Of a stretch of DNA of 64,000 bases, positions 21,335-30,862 are shown piece by piece. Numbering within the stretch: position 1 is the stretch's first letter; the number at the start of each line of letters is the position of its first letter. The DNA is from a virus. Its lineage: Duplodnaviria > Caudoviricetes. The notes under the pieces are model-generated. The model worked only from the letters and a program-made list of their open reading frames with translations, had not been told where the DNA came from and did no database searches. The stretch is taken from the IMG/VR virus record IMGVR_UViG_3300011242_000003, positions 32,001 to 96,000 of that record. One strand, given 5' to 3'. The position numbers and the translations under genes are program-made.

Positions 21335-21565
21335 ATGAATAGAGGAGATTTAACTTGTGAATTAAAAAGGATTAAAAGCAAATTAAAAGAATCAAGAAGA
21401 ATTGAATTAGATAAAGAGTATGAGGGTTTTTTGGAATCATTAGAAGAGTTGATAGATGAAGGTGTATTAAATAAAGAACAATATGATATAATTTCAGAAA
21501 AGATAAAAGATAGTTTGATGTATGGAATCCATACAGTGGTAGGAAATTATAATGATTTGATATAA
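21335..21565 (+). CDS. Hypothetical phage protein
   Basis: AGGGGG RBS before ATG at 21335. Confidence 0.65.
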   Translation: MNRGDLTCELKRIKSKLKESRRIELDKEYEGFLESLEELIDEGVLNKEQYDIISEKIKDSLMYGIHTVVGNYNDLI

Positions 21566-21632
21566 GAAAAAAATATCTGATAACGTCTAACTAGATTTTG
21601 TACATATTATAAATATACAACAAAGAAAAAAT

Positions 21633-21905
21633 ATGTACTATTGGAGGGATATAGTGAAAGTAGATTTAATCAAGGATAAACAAGTTAAAGGAATGTTTCT
21701 CTTGGCAGTAACCGAGGGTACAGATATATTAGCAAAAACAGATATTGAATTTAATGTTAATGGTAAAGAAGTAAGTTTTGAGAATCTTATAAATGCAATA
21801 AATAAAAACCTCAATGGAATCTTAGATGAAAAAGTAAATCAACTAGTTAATAAAAAGATAGATAATTTCATGGATAAAGTATGCAAAATCAGGGAAGAAA
21901 TATGA
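21633..21905 (+). CDS. Hypothetical phage protein
   Basis: ORF track; start may be the downstream GTG after GGAGG. Confidence 0.65.
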   Translation: MYYWRDIVKVDLIKDKQVKGMFLLAVTEGTDILAKTDIEFNVNGKEVSFENLINAINKNLNGILDEKVNQLVNKKIDNFMDKVCKIREEI

Positions 21906-21929
21906 TATAAATAATTAGGAGGAATAAAA

Positions 21930-22187
21930 ATGGTTGAATTTGAAGAATTTGTTAAAAATGATTGGGTCACAGATTTAAAGAAAAGAGCAAACTTGACATT
22001 AAAAAATAATATAAGATTAGAAGAATATCAATACTATAACACTAGAACTGATAAGATAATGTTTGTGACCATATGTGAAGGGAAGGTAATATATGATATG
22101 TCTGATGAATTAATGAATAATGTATTTGAACTATTTCTTGCCAATTTAAGAGATATTGGAATTAATTTAAAAAAGAATAAGGAATAA
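21930..22187 (+). CDS. Hypothetical phage protein
   Basis: AGGAGG RBS. Confidence 0.7.
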   Translation: MVEFEEFVKNDWVTDLKKRANLTLKNNIRLEEYQYYNTRTDKIMFVTICEGKVIYDMSDELMNNVFELFLANLRDIGINLKKNKE

Positions 22188-22468
22188 ATACATTATTTTA
22201 ACAGTGGTTAAATGGCTTCAGAGAGAGCGTACCACGGTACATAATATAAATACCTATTAGGAAAAAATAAGTTGTTACAAGTCAAATAAGATGTATATAG
22301 GGGGTGTTAAGCATGAGAAAAGTATCTGAAATAATTAGAAGCCAAGCAACCACAGAGTTCAAACATAAACGTCAAGATGTTATAAGAAAAACCTTAGATA
22401 AACATAAAGGCAAAGAAAACTTTCAAGAAATATTAAATCTATATATGTAAAGTAAAATATTAAATAAA

Positions 22469-22654
22469 ATGGAGGATATAACAATGGATATAGCATGGGG
22501 AGATATATTACAAATGTTAAAGATTTGGAGTGCTTATATAGGCTTATATGGAGTTCTAGGAGTATCTGTGATAGCAATAGGATTATTAATACATACTAGG
22601 TTGACTAAGGATACAAGTTGTAATATTAAGTTATTAAGAAAAATTTTATCGTAA
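22469..22654 (+). CDS. Small membrane protein
   Basis: Single TM helix; GGAGG RBS before second Met. Confidence 0.6.
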   Translation: MEDITMDIAWGDILQMLKIWSAYIGLYGVLGVSVIAIGLLIHTRLTKDTSCNIKLLRKILS

Positions 22655-22688
22655 GTAAAGTAAAATATTAAAAATAGGGGGAATAAAA

Positions 22689-23441
22689 ATGAGGGAGAAG
22701 AAATTCACAGAATATATTATTCAAACTACATCTGTTGTAGGAGAAGTAGAAACAATTGAAGTAACTGGCATTAACAAAAGTAATTATAAAGAAATGCTAG
22801 AAGTATACAGAGATGTAAAAGAAGATTACAAAGACATATCTTGTAAAATAGACTTCATAGGAAAAAATGATGATGGGCAAGTAAAAGTATTATGGAGCAA
22901 AAACAATATAAATAATGAGCCTAAGGAATATAAGGAGAAAAGTTTTCAAGATATTGTAAGTGAGTTTTTAAATGCCACTGAAGAAAAAATAAATCAATGT
23001 AACTACGAAATATCAAAACTAGACAAAGAAACTTCAAATACTTTACACAAAATAGAATTGGTTGAGTTTGGAGATTGGGATACACAAGATGAACTTAATC
23101 AAGAAAAAATTAAGTTGGTAGATGAATTAATACCAATACTAAGCGAAAGAAGAGAATTTAAAGAAGAATTAAAATCAATAAACCAATCAAATATAATAAA
23201 TATGTCAAAGTCAATTTGTCAATCAATAAAAGATAAACAAAAGGTTAAAAATAAAAAATATACATATGAGAAAATAGTGAATGAAAAATCAAATAAAATT
23301 ATAGAAGTATCTTATAAGAATGATAAAGACAGAATAAGAATAACTTCCGCATTAAAAAGAAAATATGGAACTGTTAATATAGATGAAAGCAGAAAAATAA
23401 TTTGTGCTTATGTGAAGCGAACAGGAAAGAAAGCAATATAG
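22689..23441 (+). CDS. Hypothetical coiled-coil phage protein
   Basis: GGGGG RBS; 250 aa. Confidence 0.75.
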   Translation: MREKKFTEYIIQTTSVVGEVETIEVTGINKSNYKEMLEVYRDVKEDYKDISCKIDFIGKNDDGQVKVLWSKNNINNEPKEYKEKSFQDIVSEFLNATEEKINQCNYEISKLDKETSNTLHKIELVEFGDWDTQDELNQEKIKLVDELIPILSERREFKEELKSINQSNIINMSKSICQSIKDKQKVKNKKYTYEKIVNEKSNKIIEVSYKNDKDRIRITSALKRKYGTVNIDESRKIICAYVKRTGKKAI

Positions 23442-23456
23442 TGAGGTGAAATTAAT

Positions 23457-23732
23457 ATGGAGAAAAAGTATCAATGTAGACAATGTAATCAGATGCTAGA
23501 CCAAAAATTTTATTATAAAGATGATAGAACAGCAACAGGGTTAAAAGGAATCTGCAAACATTGTCTAAGGGAAAATTATTTAGCTAATAGAGAAAAAAGA
23601 ATAAAATATCAAACGCAATGGAATTATGAAAACGCAGACAAAGTAAGAGAGTATCAAGATAGATATAGAGATAGACAAGGTTATCAAGTAAAAATCAACT
23701 ACTACCAAGAAAAAATTAGTGTAAACGCATAA
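23457..23732 (+). CDS. Zn-ribbon protein resembling the N-terminus of phage HNH nucleases (no nuclease domain)
   Basis: CRQC...F..D.....G....CKHC. Confidence 0.6.
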   Translation: MEKKYQCRQCNQMLDQKFYYKDDRTATGLKGICKHCLRENYLANREKRIKYQTQWNYENADKVREYQDRYRDRQGYQVKINYYQEKISVNA

Positions 23733-23821
23733 ATTAATTAAAACAAAATATTAAATACCTATTGTAATTATTATGTAAATATAGTACAATGTATATATAA
23801 AGGAAATGAGGCGGAGATACT

Positions 23822-24778
23822 ATGAAAGAAATATTAAATAAATATGAGAATTATTTGAGAACACAAGGAAGAAGCGAGAATACAATAAAAAACTATTGTT
23901 GTGATTTAAATAAATTTATCAAATATTTTGAAGAAGTAAAAGGTCAAGGAGATGTATTTTACTCAATTTCTGTTATAGATTTAATGGAGTATGTTAATTA
24001 TATTAAATTTCATTGTGGGAAAAACAATACAGAAGCAAACCCCAAAACAATTAATCGAAATATATCCACTCTTAAAAAATTTTATGAGTGGATGAAAAAA
24101 TGTAATATTATACATTATAATGATATGAAAGAGATAGAATTTGTGTCTACTCCAAAAAATCAAAGTGTAATTTATATGGATTTAGATGAATCTAAATGTT
24201 TTATGAGAAGTGTTATTACTGGTCAAGAAAAGAAAGAAAGATGTTCAGATTTTGCAGGAGCAAGAGATGAATTAATGTTTAAAATATATCTTGATAGTGG
24301 ATTAAGATGTGAAGAACTTTTAGATGTTAAATTAAATGACATATACTTGAAAAAGAAAATGATAAAAATTAGAAGTGGTAAGGGTGACAAAGAAAGATAT
24401 GTTCCTATAACAGATAAAACTATAGAACTATATTATAAGTATATGAAAGTTAGAGAAAAAAGAAATAAAAATAATTCTGATTATTTAATATTAAATAATA
24501 GAGGTGGACAAATGTCTAAAAGCGGTGTGTTGAAGTTAACTAAGTATTATGCTAAAAATTCACAATTAAATTCAGAATTAGCAGAAAAGATTACTCCTCA
24601 TAAACTTAGACATAGCTTTGCAACAATACAAAGTGATTTAGGTACGCCAATATCAACGATAAGCAAAACGTTAGGACATTCAAAAATTGCAACAACTCAA
24701 AATATATATATACATTTAGACACTGAAAAAATGTTAAACGCCACTAGAGAAAATTCAAAAGCTCTGGATAACTATTGA
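23822..24778 (+). CDS. Tyrosine recombinase/integrase (XerC/D-like; positional YopP equivalent)
   Basis: N-terminal SAM-like domain; full catalytic set GLR, GKGDKER, HKLRH, LGH, IY. Confidence 0.92.
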   Translation: MKEILNKYENYLRTQGRSENTIKNYCCDLNKFIKYFEEVKGQGDVFYSISVIDLMEYVNYIKFHCGKNNTEANPKTINRNISTLKKFYEWMKKCNIIHYNDMKEIEFVSTPKNQSVIYMDLDESKCFMRSVITGQEKKERCSDFAGARDELMFKIYLDSGLRCEELLDVKLNDIYLKKKMIKIRSGKGDKERYVPITDKTIELYYKYMKVREKRNKNNSDYLILNNRGGQMSKSGVLKLTKYYAKNSQLNSELAEKITPHKLRHSFATIQSDLGTPISTISKTLGHSKIATTQNIYIHLDTEKMLNATRENSKALDNY

Positions 24779-24800
24779 CGAGTAGGTATTAGGGTACTAA

Positions 24801-25043
24801 CTAGTACCCTTTTTCAATACTATTTTGTTTGTACTTACAGTTATCACAAAATTCAAAGATTTCATATGGACTTACTTCTAGGGCGTTCATTATTTTCAAG
24901 AAGGTATGTAAGGTAATAGAGCTATTATCTGTATTATTTTCGATTTTTGATACGTAACTTCTATCTACGCCAACTTTACGAGCAAGTTCAACTTGTGAAA
25001 TACCTTTATATTTTCTAATTTCTTTTATCTTAAATTTTATCAT
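24801..25043 (-). CDS. XRE-family HTH transcriptional regulator
   Basis: IKEIRKYKGISQVELARKVGVDRSYVSKIEN; GAGGTG RBS before ATG at 25043. Confidence 0.9.
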   Translation of the reverse strand: MIKFKIKEIRKYKGISQVELARKVGVDRSYVSKIENNTDNSSITLHTFLKIMNALEVSPYEIFEFCDNCKYKQNSIEKGY

Positions 25044-25289
25044 ACGTTTACACCTCAAGAAAAATATATATTTATTATTCTACATTTTCAAGTGGTAATT
25101 ATATACAATTAAAAATATTATAAAAAGTAATGCAATTCAATATAAATAAAATGTAGTAATATGGTGGTAAAATGATTAACTATATAAAATATTGAAAATA
25201 GTCATAAAATGTTTAAATGTTCCTGTCAGTCACGCTTTTACATGGTATGATTAGTATAACAAGTATTTTAAATATTTTTTAACAATCTC

Positions 25290-25340
25290 TTGATTTTATA
25301 AATCCATGGGTATATAATGGAAATACAGGAACGAATGTTC
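25290..25340 (+). promoter_or_regulatory. Sigma-A promoter with LexA (SOS/Cheo) box
   Basis: TTGATT-17 bp-TATAAT (25290-25318); GAAC-GAAT-GTTC at 25329-25340. Confidence 0.7.
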
Positions 25341-25376
25341 TTATATTATTAAATAAAATAAAAAGGAGTTGTCAAG

Positions 25377-25691
25377 ATGGGGGAAGAGAAGTTTATAACA
25401 ACAGAAGAAGAAAATTTATTGGAATTAGAATTATTTCTGATTGAATGTTATGAGAATGGAGGGTTAAGTATTAGAGGGGAATGTGTTAATGCTGAAAACA
25501 ATATAGACTACATATTTGACATGGAATACAATATATATAATAGGAATAATAAAGATATAATATTAAAAATATATAATGACACACAAGTTTTTTATGTTGA
25601 GATAAAGAATTATATTAAAAATATAAAAAATACAGAAAATGGCTTGATAATTAACAGTGTTATTGGTAAAATAGAACTTGAGAGTATATAA
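25377..25691 (+). CDS. Putative SOS-inducible hypothetical protein
   Basis: AAGGAG RBS; LexA box upstream; terminator at 25699-25727. Confidence 0.7.
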   Translation: MGEEKFITTEEENLLELELFLIECYENGGLSIRGECVNAENNIDYIFDMEYNIYNRNNKDIILKIYNDTQVFYVEIKNYIKNIKNTENGLIINSVIGKIELESI

Positions 25692-25734
25692 ATAGTTTAA
25701 AGATAGTCATTTTTGACTGTCTTTTTTGATTATT

Positions 25735-25776
25735 TTTAATATTTTACTTGACATATGGGTATACTATGAGTATAAT
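25735..25776 (+). promoter_or_regulatory. Consensus sigma-A promoter of the repressor operon, with reverse-oriented operator core
   Basis: TTTAATATTTT, then TTGACA (25748)-17 bp-TATAAT (25771). Confidence 0.8.
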
Positions 25777-25822
25777 ATATAATATAAGAAGAAATTATAT
25801 TAAAAATAAAGGGGAAAATATT

Positions 25823-27214
25823 ATGGAAAAGTTTGAAACGCCAAAGAAGTTAATAATTGAATATAAAAAAATATTAGAAGATGAAAAATACTTCAATGAC
25901 ATAAATTTAATAAATCATTTAAGTAGTGCCTTTGCGACAAAGGGATTGCCAAGAGATATTCCTAATAAATTATTCATGGAGTTAACCACGTTAGACCAAC
26001 TAACAGAAATTGAACTAATATGGCTTACTAAAAGTTTGTATGAGTACGAAAAGAAAGTATTTGAAAGCTTTGAACCGATTAGACATTTTAGTGATTTAAA
26101 AATAATAGATGCAGAACAATATGTTGCAAAAGAAGTATATACTGACAAAATAGTATTTGAAAATATTACTAAAGTTAATGATTTTTGTTATATTAGTGGA
26201 TTTACAAAAGCTACAGATATTGCAATTTATAAAAAATCAGAGTTATTTTCTTATGAATTTGACACACAAAGAGAAGGTAAAATAAAAGAAATTGGCACAA
26301 AAGGAGCATTTGTAAAAGAAGTATCTTTAAATGCAGAGTCGGTAGTTAAAATTGGTGAAATGATTTATGATAATAAATATATTCCTGATACTTTAACGAT
26401 GAACGTGCCTTTACTCGGAGATGGCAATAGACCTCTTATAGATTATGATGAAGATAAAAGAACTTTAACAATTACACCGAATTATAATACATCTTCCAAA
26501 AGAGTGACTATATGTAATACAACTGATGGTTGGCATAGAACAAACGGAAGTGAATACGCTTATGATAAGAAAATAAAAGAGGGTAAAGACCCTAATACAA
26601 TTAAAGGTGGATTTGCAGTAATTATCACTTTAATGACTCCGAAACAAGCAAGAGAACATTTTGAAAGAATTAACACCTATAATCCTATTAGTGAAAATTA
26701 TTTAAAAACATTTAAAACAAGCAATGAGTCTAAATTTATTGAGGCTTTAGTAGATTATAATGATAGCAAAAATATATTCAATAATAATGTTTTGAGAACT
26801 TATGAGGAAACAAAGGCATTTAATAAATTAACCTATTATACTTTATTGCAAGATGCCATAAAACAAACAGACATTGATGTTACTGAGTTTCTTTCGGAAG
26901 CAGAAGAACTTCCTAAAATAGTGAAATTCATTACTAAATTTATTGATTATATAGGAGAAACTGAGTTTAAAGATAGTAATAATAAGTATAAAGATATTAA
27001 AGAAAACACTAATTTGTTAGATATGAATATATTTATTGGATATTTTGTTATTGCAGATATGATAAAATCAGAAAATGAAATAAATAAATATGTAATAGCA
27101 TTAGCAAATAAACTAAATAATGATGTAGTAAAAGAAGATTTAAGACAAATGGGATTAAACAATAAGCACTATTCAGCTAAAAAAATAGCAGATTACTTTA
27201 AAGATTTATTTTAG
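25823..27214 (+). CDS. SPbeta YopQ-like protein (DndB/ParB-like DGxHR domain)
   Basis: TQR and DGWHR motifs; lies just upstream of the MrpR-like gene; AAGGGG RBS before ATG at 25823. Confidence 0.6.
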   Translation: MEKFETPKKLIIEYKKILEDEKYFNDINLINHLSSAFATKGLPRDIPNKLFMELTTLDQLTEIELIWLTKSLYEYEKKVFESFEPIRHFSDLKIIDAEQYVAKEVYTDKIVFENITKVNDFCYISGFTKATDIAIYKKSELFSYEFDTQREGKIKEIGTKGAFVKEVSLNAESVVKIGEMIYDNKYIPDTLTMNVPLLGDGNRPLIDYDEDKRTLTITPNYNTSSKRVTICNTTDGWHRTNGSEYAYDKKIKEGKDPNTIKGGFAVIITLMTPKQAREHFERINTYNPISENYLKTFKTSNESKFIEALVDYNDSKNIFNNNVLRTYEETKAFNKLTYYTLLQDAIKQTDIDVTEFLSEAEELPKIVKFITKFIDYIGETEFKDSNNKYKDIKENTNLLDMNIFIGYFVIADMIKSENEINKYVIALANKLNNDVVKEDLRQMGLNNKHYSAKKIADYFKDLF

Positions 27215-27230
27215 AAAGGAGTAGGTAAAC

Positions 27231-28316
27231 ATGGAAAGACGTTTTGAAGTTCATAGTTTAGAGGATGAAGGTAGATTAAATAAAGAAGAATTAAGTAAAT
27301 TAGAAAATAGTTTCAAATCAGAAAGCATTTATATTGAAAATGAAGAATTTCTTAAATCTAAGGTTAAATACTTGTTTGATAACTACGACCATGAAAATAC
27401 GTTAGGTGTATATTGGAGAACATTTAAAAATTATATATTAACACCAGAGATTGACCTTGGTAAAAATATATATGAATTTACAAGCAATGAAGTAGAACAA
27501 ATGATGTTATCTATTCCTGCACCACGTAATGTAAAAAATACTATTTATAGATTAGCAAATTTATATATTGATTGGGCATTAAAAATAGAAAAACTAGCTA
27601 TGAGAACAAATCCGTTTGACCCATTTACGGCAGATGATTTATTAATAGTAAATAAAAAAGTTATTCAAAATGAATATATGAGTATGGATGATGTTTTCGA
27701 TATGGCTATTATTTCAGATAAAGAAGGAGTGCCATATCAGAAAATCATAGTATTTATACTAGGAAGATTGGGACTTTATGGCAAAGAAGGTTCATATTTA
27801 GCTGACCTAAGAAAAACTCATATAAATAGAGAAACTAACACTATATCAATAGTTGATGATATGACAGGTGAAATATTATCTCAAATTCCTGTTACAGATG
27901 AAAGAGTATATTATTGGTTAGAGTGTGCTGAGAATGAGACACAATACGATTATAGACCTTATATAACAGAAAATAATGTAGCAAGACGTGGAGCAGAGTT
28001 AGTATTCATAGAGTCTGATGGTAGAGTTTTAAAAAGCTATAATAAAAAATATGATAGAGTTCTCAAAGGTAATTTATATAATGCACTAAAAGAAATTTTT
28101 AGAATCAATGATAGAAAACTAATGGGATTTAAAAAACTTGTAAGATGTGCTAAGTTTGACCAATTAGATAAAAGGCTAAAAGACAACGGTAAATTGACCG
28201 TTACAGACGTTCAAGAAGTTCAGAGGATGTATGAGCCTACCTCAACCTATTCAAGCTATTACACGCTAAAACAGGACTATGAGAGTTATAACCCTAATAT
28301 TAAGATAGAGAAATAA
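27231..28316 (+). CDS. MrpR/YopR-like master repressor (degenerate tyrosine-recombinase fold)
   Basis: E..LGKNIYEFT..E N-domain, YIDWA, NPF; GLYG in place of the catalytic GxR; no HxxR; synteny with the YopQ-like gene; terminator at 28302-28330. Confidence 0.65.
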   Translation: MERRFEVHSLEDEGRLNKEELSKLENSFKSESIYIENEEFLKSKVKYLFDNYDHENTLGVYWRTFKNYILTPEIDLGKNIYEFTSNEVEQMMLSIPAPRNVKNTIYRLANLYIDWALKIEKLAMRTNPFDPFTADDLLIVNKKVIQNEYMSMDDVFDMAIISDKEGVPYQKIIVFILGRLGLYGKEGSYLADLRKTHINRETNTISIVDDMTGEILSQIPVTDERVYYWLECAENETQYDYRPYITENNVARRGAELVFIESDGRVLKSYNKKYDRVLKGNLYNALKEIFRINDRKLMGFKKLVRCAKFDQLDKRLKDNGKLTVTDVQEVQRMYEPTSTYSSYYTLKQDYESYNPNIKIEK

Positions 28317-28351
28317 TCTCTATCTTTTTTATTTATTAAAAAAATATAAAA

Positions 28352-28508
28352 TTAAGTGAATAAAAATATTAAATTGTGTTGACAATAGTAATAAGATACT
28401 ATATACTAATATTTGTGAGGCAGATATATCAAATATTCACAGTCAAACAAAATTAATTAAAATAAAATATTAAAAAGTATTGACTTAGCTGAATATATGG
28501 TATATACT
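28352..28508 (+). promoter_or_regulatory. Tandem sigma-A promoters, each with a 22-bp operator, driving the mazF-TPR-peptide operon
   Basis: Operators at 28352 and 28453; TTGACA (28379)-17-TATACT and TTGACT (28480)-17-TATACT. Confidence 0.75.
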
Positions 28509-28546
28509 TGTAAATATAGTAAATAAATATTAAGGGGTTTTAGAAA

Positions 28547-29224
28547 ATGGTAAGAATGGATTTAGAAGAATTAAAGAAGTTAAAAAGGGGTATGGAAGAA
28601 GAAAGAAATAAACTTAGGGTAATAAGAACAATTAGAAGAGGAGATATTTATTGGTGTGATTTGGGAGATGCAAAATCTAAAGATGATAATGGAATAAAAG
28701 AAGAAGGAGAACAGGCAGGTAAAAGACCTTGTTTAATAGTACAAAACGATATCGGAAATAAATATAGTCCTACAGTAATTGTTATACCAATAAGTTCGAA
28801 AATAGAAAAATGTAAACAACCAACACATACACTAATTACTAAAGAGGATTGCCAAAGTCTTTATAAAGATAGTTATTTGGTGGGAGAACAAATTAATACT
28901 ATAACTAAAAACAAATTAGGCGACTACATAGGTCACGTAATGAATGATAAAATAATTAAAGCAATGAAGATAAGTTTAGGTTTACAAAGGATTACTACTG
29001 AAAAAGAAGATGTTTTAATAAATAAAGTTAAACATTTAAAAGAGCTTGAAATAATGATTTCAATGATGTTAGATAAATCAAATAATATTATAACTGATTT
29101 TATTAAACAGTTTGTAGATGATAGACATAATTTACTACTTGATATTAAAGAATATTGTAATAGAAACAATATGAATTTACATTACTATTATAAAAAAGAA
29201 GAATACATTAAGATAGCAATATAA
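28547..29224 (+). CDS. mazF: PemK/MazF-family endoribonuclease with N- and C-terminal extensions
   Basis: RRGDIYWCDL, EQAGKRPCLIVQNDIGNKYSPTVIVIPISS, DS..GEQI.TI.K..L; about 80 aa extra helical C-terminus. Confidence 0.88.
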   Translation: MVRMDLEELKKLKRGMEEERNKLRVIRTIRRGDIYWCDLGDAKSKDDNGIKEEGEQAGKRPCLIVQNDIGNKYSPTVIVIPISSKIEKCKQPTHTLITKEDCQSLYKDSYLVGEQINTITKNKLGDYIGHVMNDKIIKAMKISLGLQRITTEKEDVLINKVKHLKELEIMISMMLDKSNNIITDFIKQFVDDRHNLLLDIKEYCNRNNMNLHYYYKKEEYIKIAI

Positions 29225-29254
29225 TATTTAAGAGTGTAGATGGGGGAGTAAAAA

Positions 29255-29851
29255 ATGTTAAACATTGATAATGATAGAATAAGTGTATGCACTTGCTTTG
29301 GGGACGGTGAATATGAAAAAGGACGAAAGAAATTATTTGTAATGTATAATACAAAGCTAAAAAAAATAAATAATATTGAAGATATAAGATTTATAATTCA
29401 CAATCTTGCATGGGTTGAATATTATTTAAAAAATATAGAAAGTGCTAGAAAATATTCAACTCAAATAAAAAATATATTTGAAGAAAATGATGCTTATATT
29501 AAAAATTATCCTAGTGAATATTGTAAAATATTAGATTTATACAATATTTCGCATACAGGTATAATTTCTATGGATGAAAAAATAAATCTATATAAGGAAA
29601 CATATGCCATTTACTGTAAAACGGGTTCACCAGACAGATATATGGCACTACATAATATTTATGACTTAAAAAAAGAATATTACAAAATACCTAATCTTTT
29701 AAAGGAAATGCTTTCAAATATAGGAGAACATCAAAATTTTGTATCAGAGTTTTTAAAAGATTTAGAAGAAAATGACAAGCAATCTTACGAAGAATCCCTA
29801 TTAATAATAGAGGAGTTTAAATTGAGCAATGCTTCTATAACTAGTTTATAG
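29255..29851 (+). CDS. TPR-like helical protein, putative RRNPP-type peptide receptor lacking HTH
   Basis: Helical repeats (IIHNLAWVEYYLKNIESARKY; ALHNIY); directly upstream of a secreted peptide gene. Confidence 0.6.
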   Translation: MLNIDNDRISVCTCFGDGEYEKGRKKLFVMYNTKLKKINNIEDIRFIIHNLAWVEYYLKNIESARKYSTQIKNIFEENDAYIKNYPSEYCKILDLYNISHTGIISMDEKINLYKETYAIYCKTGSPDRYMALHNIYDLKKEYYKIPNLLKEMLSNIGEHQNFVSEFLKDLEENDKQSYEESLLIIEEFKLSNASITSL

Positions 29852-29888
29852 AAGATTGACTATAGATATACTAAAGGAGGAAATTAAC

Positions 29889-30077
29889 ATGAAAAAAACA
29901 ACAAAGAAAACAATTTTAATTTTAGGAGGTATGGCATTAGTATTATCATTAATCATTATGCCAATGGCAAAAGGTGAAGGACAAGGTAGTTGGGGTATGG
30001 AGGATTATAGACCATTTGGCACAGGAGAAGGTCAGGGAAGTTGGGGTATGGAATTGCCAACATATTTTAACCGTTAA
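29889..30077 (+). CDS. Secreted signalling pro-peptide with two GEGQGSWGME repeats
   Basis: AAGGAGG RBS; basic-plus-hydrophobic signal peptide; 62 aa; duplicated decapeptide. Confidence 0.8.
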   Translation: MKKTTKKTILILGGMALVLSLIIMPMAKGEGQGSWGMEDYRPFGTGEGQGSWGMELPTYFNR

Positions 30078-30105
30078 GTAAAAGAACATAGACATAATAT
30101 TTACT

Positions 30106-30132
30106 AGAGTAGGAGTCAAAGCCTACTCTTTT
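30106..30132 (+). terminator. Intrinsic terminator closing the mazF-TPR-peptide operon
   Basis: AGAGTAGG-agtcaaag-CCTACTCT followed by T-tract. Confidence 0.8.
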
Positions 30133-30163
30133 TAGAATAATATATTAAATGAGGAGAGGTTGA

Positions 30164-30769
30164 ATGGGAAGAATAAAAGATAATATAATTATTATATATG
30201 ATAATTATGCGGAGATGGTAGTAGAAAGCAAAGGAAACATATATAAAGCGTTAATAGACAAAGAAGACATAAAAAGAGTAGATAAATATAAGTGGTGGTT
30301 GTCATGCAATGGTTATTTAATGACGGATACATATGATGGTGACTATAAAAACAGATATACCATTCACAGATACATATTAAACGTTGATGATAGAGAGATT
30401 CTAGTAGACCATATTAATAGAAATAGATTAGATAATAGAAAATGCAACTTAAGAAAAACAACACCTACTGGAAATAGCATCAATAGGTCAGTACAGAGTA
30501 ATAATAAATCAGGAATAATAGGTGTATCATGGAGTAGAAAACTTAATAAATGGGAGGTTAGAATTAAACTTCATGGAAAGAAGAAATTTATAGGATACAC
30601 TAAAGATTTAGAAGAAGCAACAAGAATGAGATTACAAGCTGAACTAGATATATTTGGAGAAGAGTATGCACCACAAAGACATTTATTTGATAAATATAAT
30701 ATACATACAAGAAATTCAGAAAAATATGATTTAAAATACGAAGATGAATTTAATGAACAAATCAAGTAA
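30164..30769 (+). CDS. HNH endonuclease with AP2 domain (homing-endonuclease type)
   Basis: VDHINRNRLDNRKCNLR, then SGIIGVSW..KW..RI AP2 motif. Confidence 0.9.
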   Translation: MGRIKDNIIIIYDNYAEMVVESKGNIYKALIDKEDIKRVDKYKWWLSCNGYLMTDTYDGDYKNRYTIHRYILNVDDREILVDHINRNRLDNRKCNLRKTTPTGNSINRSVQSNNKSGIIGVSWSRKLNKWEVRIKLHGKKKFIGYTKDLEEATRMRLQAELDIFGEEYAPQRHLFDKYNIHTRNSEKYDLKYEDEFNEQIK

Positions 30770-30862
30770 AATAATATATTAAATATACTTTATAATAATA
30801 TGATGATATGTTATTATTAATACATAAGAACAGCACTATTAAAACTAAGAGTTTAAGAGGAG

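Noticed and set aside
21578-21612. Sporulation sigma-type promoter (CATA-type -10), also near 1320 and 39640
   Set aside because: Consensus too degenerate to support by eye
14740-22270. Recurrent AGAAAAAAT word in early-region intergenic gaps
   Set aside because: Too low in information for this A-rich strand to call without statistics; could be an antitermination or RNA-binding box
25748-25822. ORF-track start at TTG 25748
   Set aside because: That TTG is the -35 box of the promoter; ATG 25823 has an RBS
29856-29888. ORF-track start at 29856 for the peptide gene
   Set aside because: The AAGGAGG RBS and signal-peptide layout point to ATG 29889
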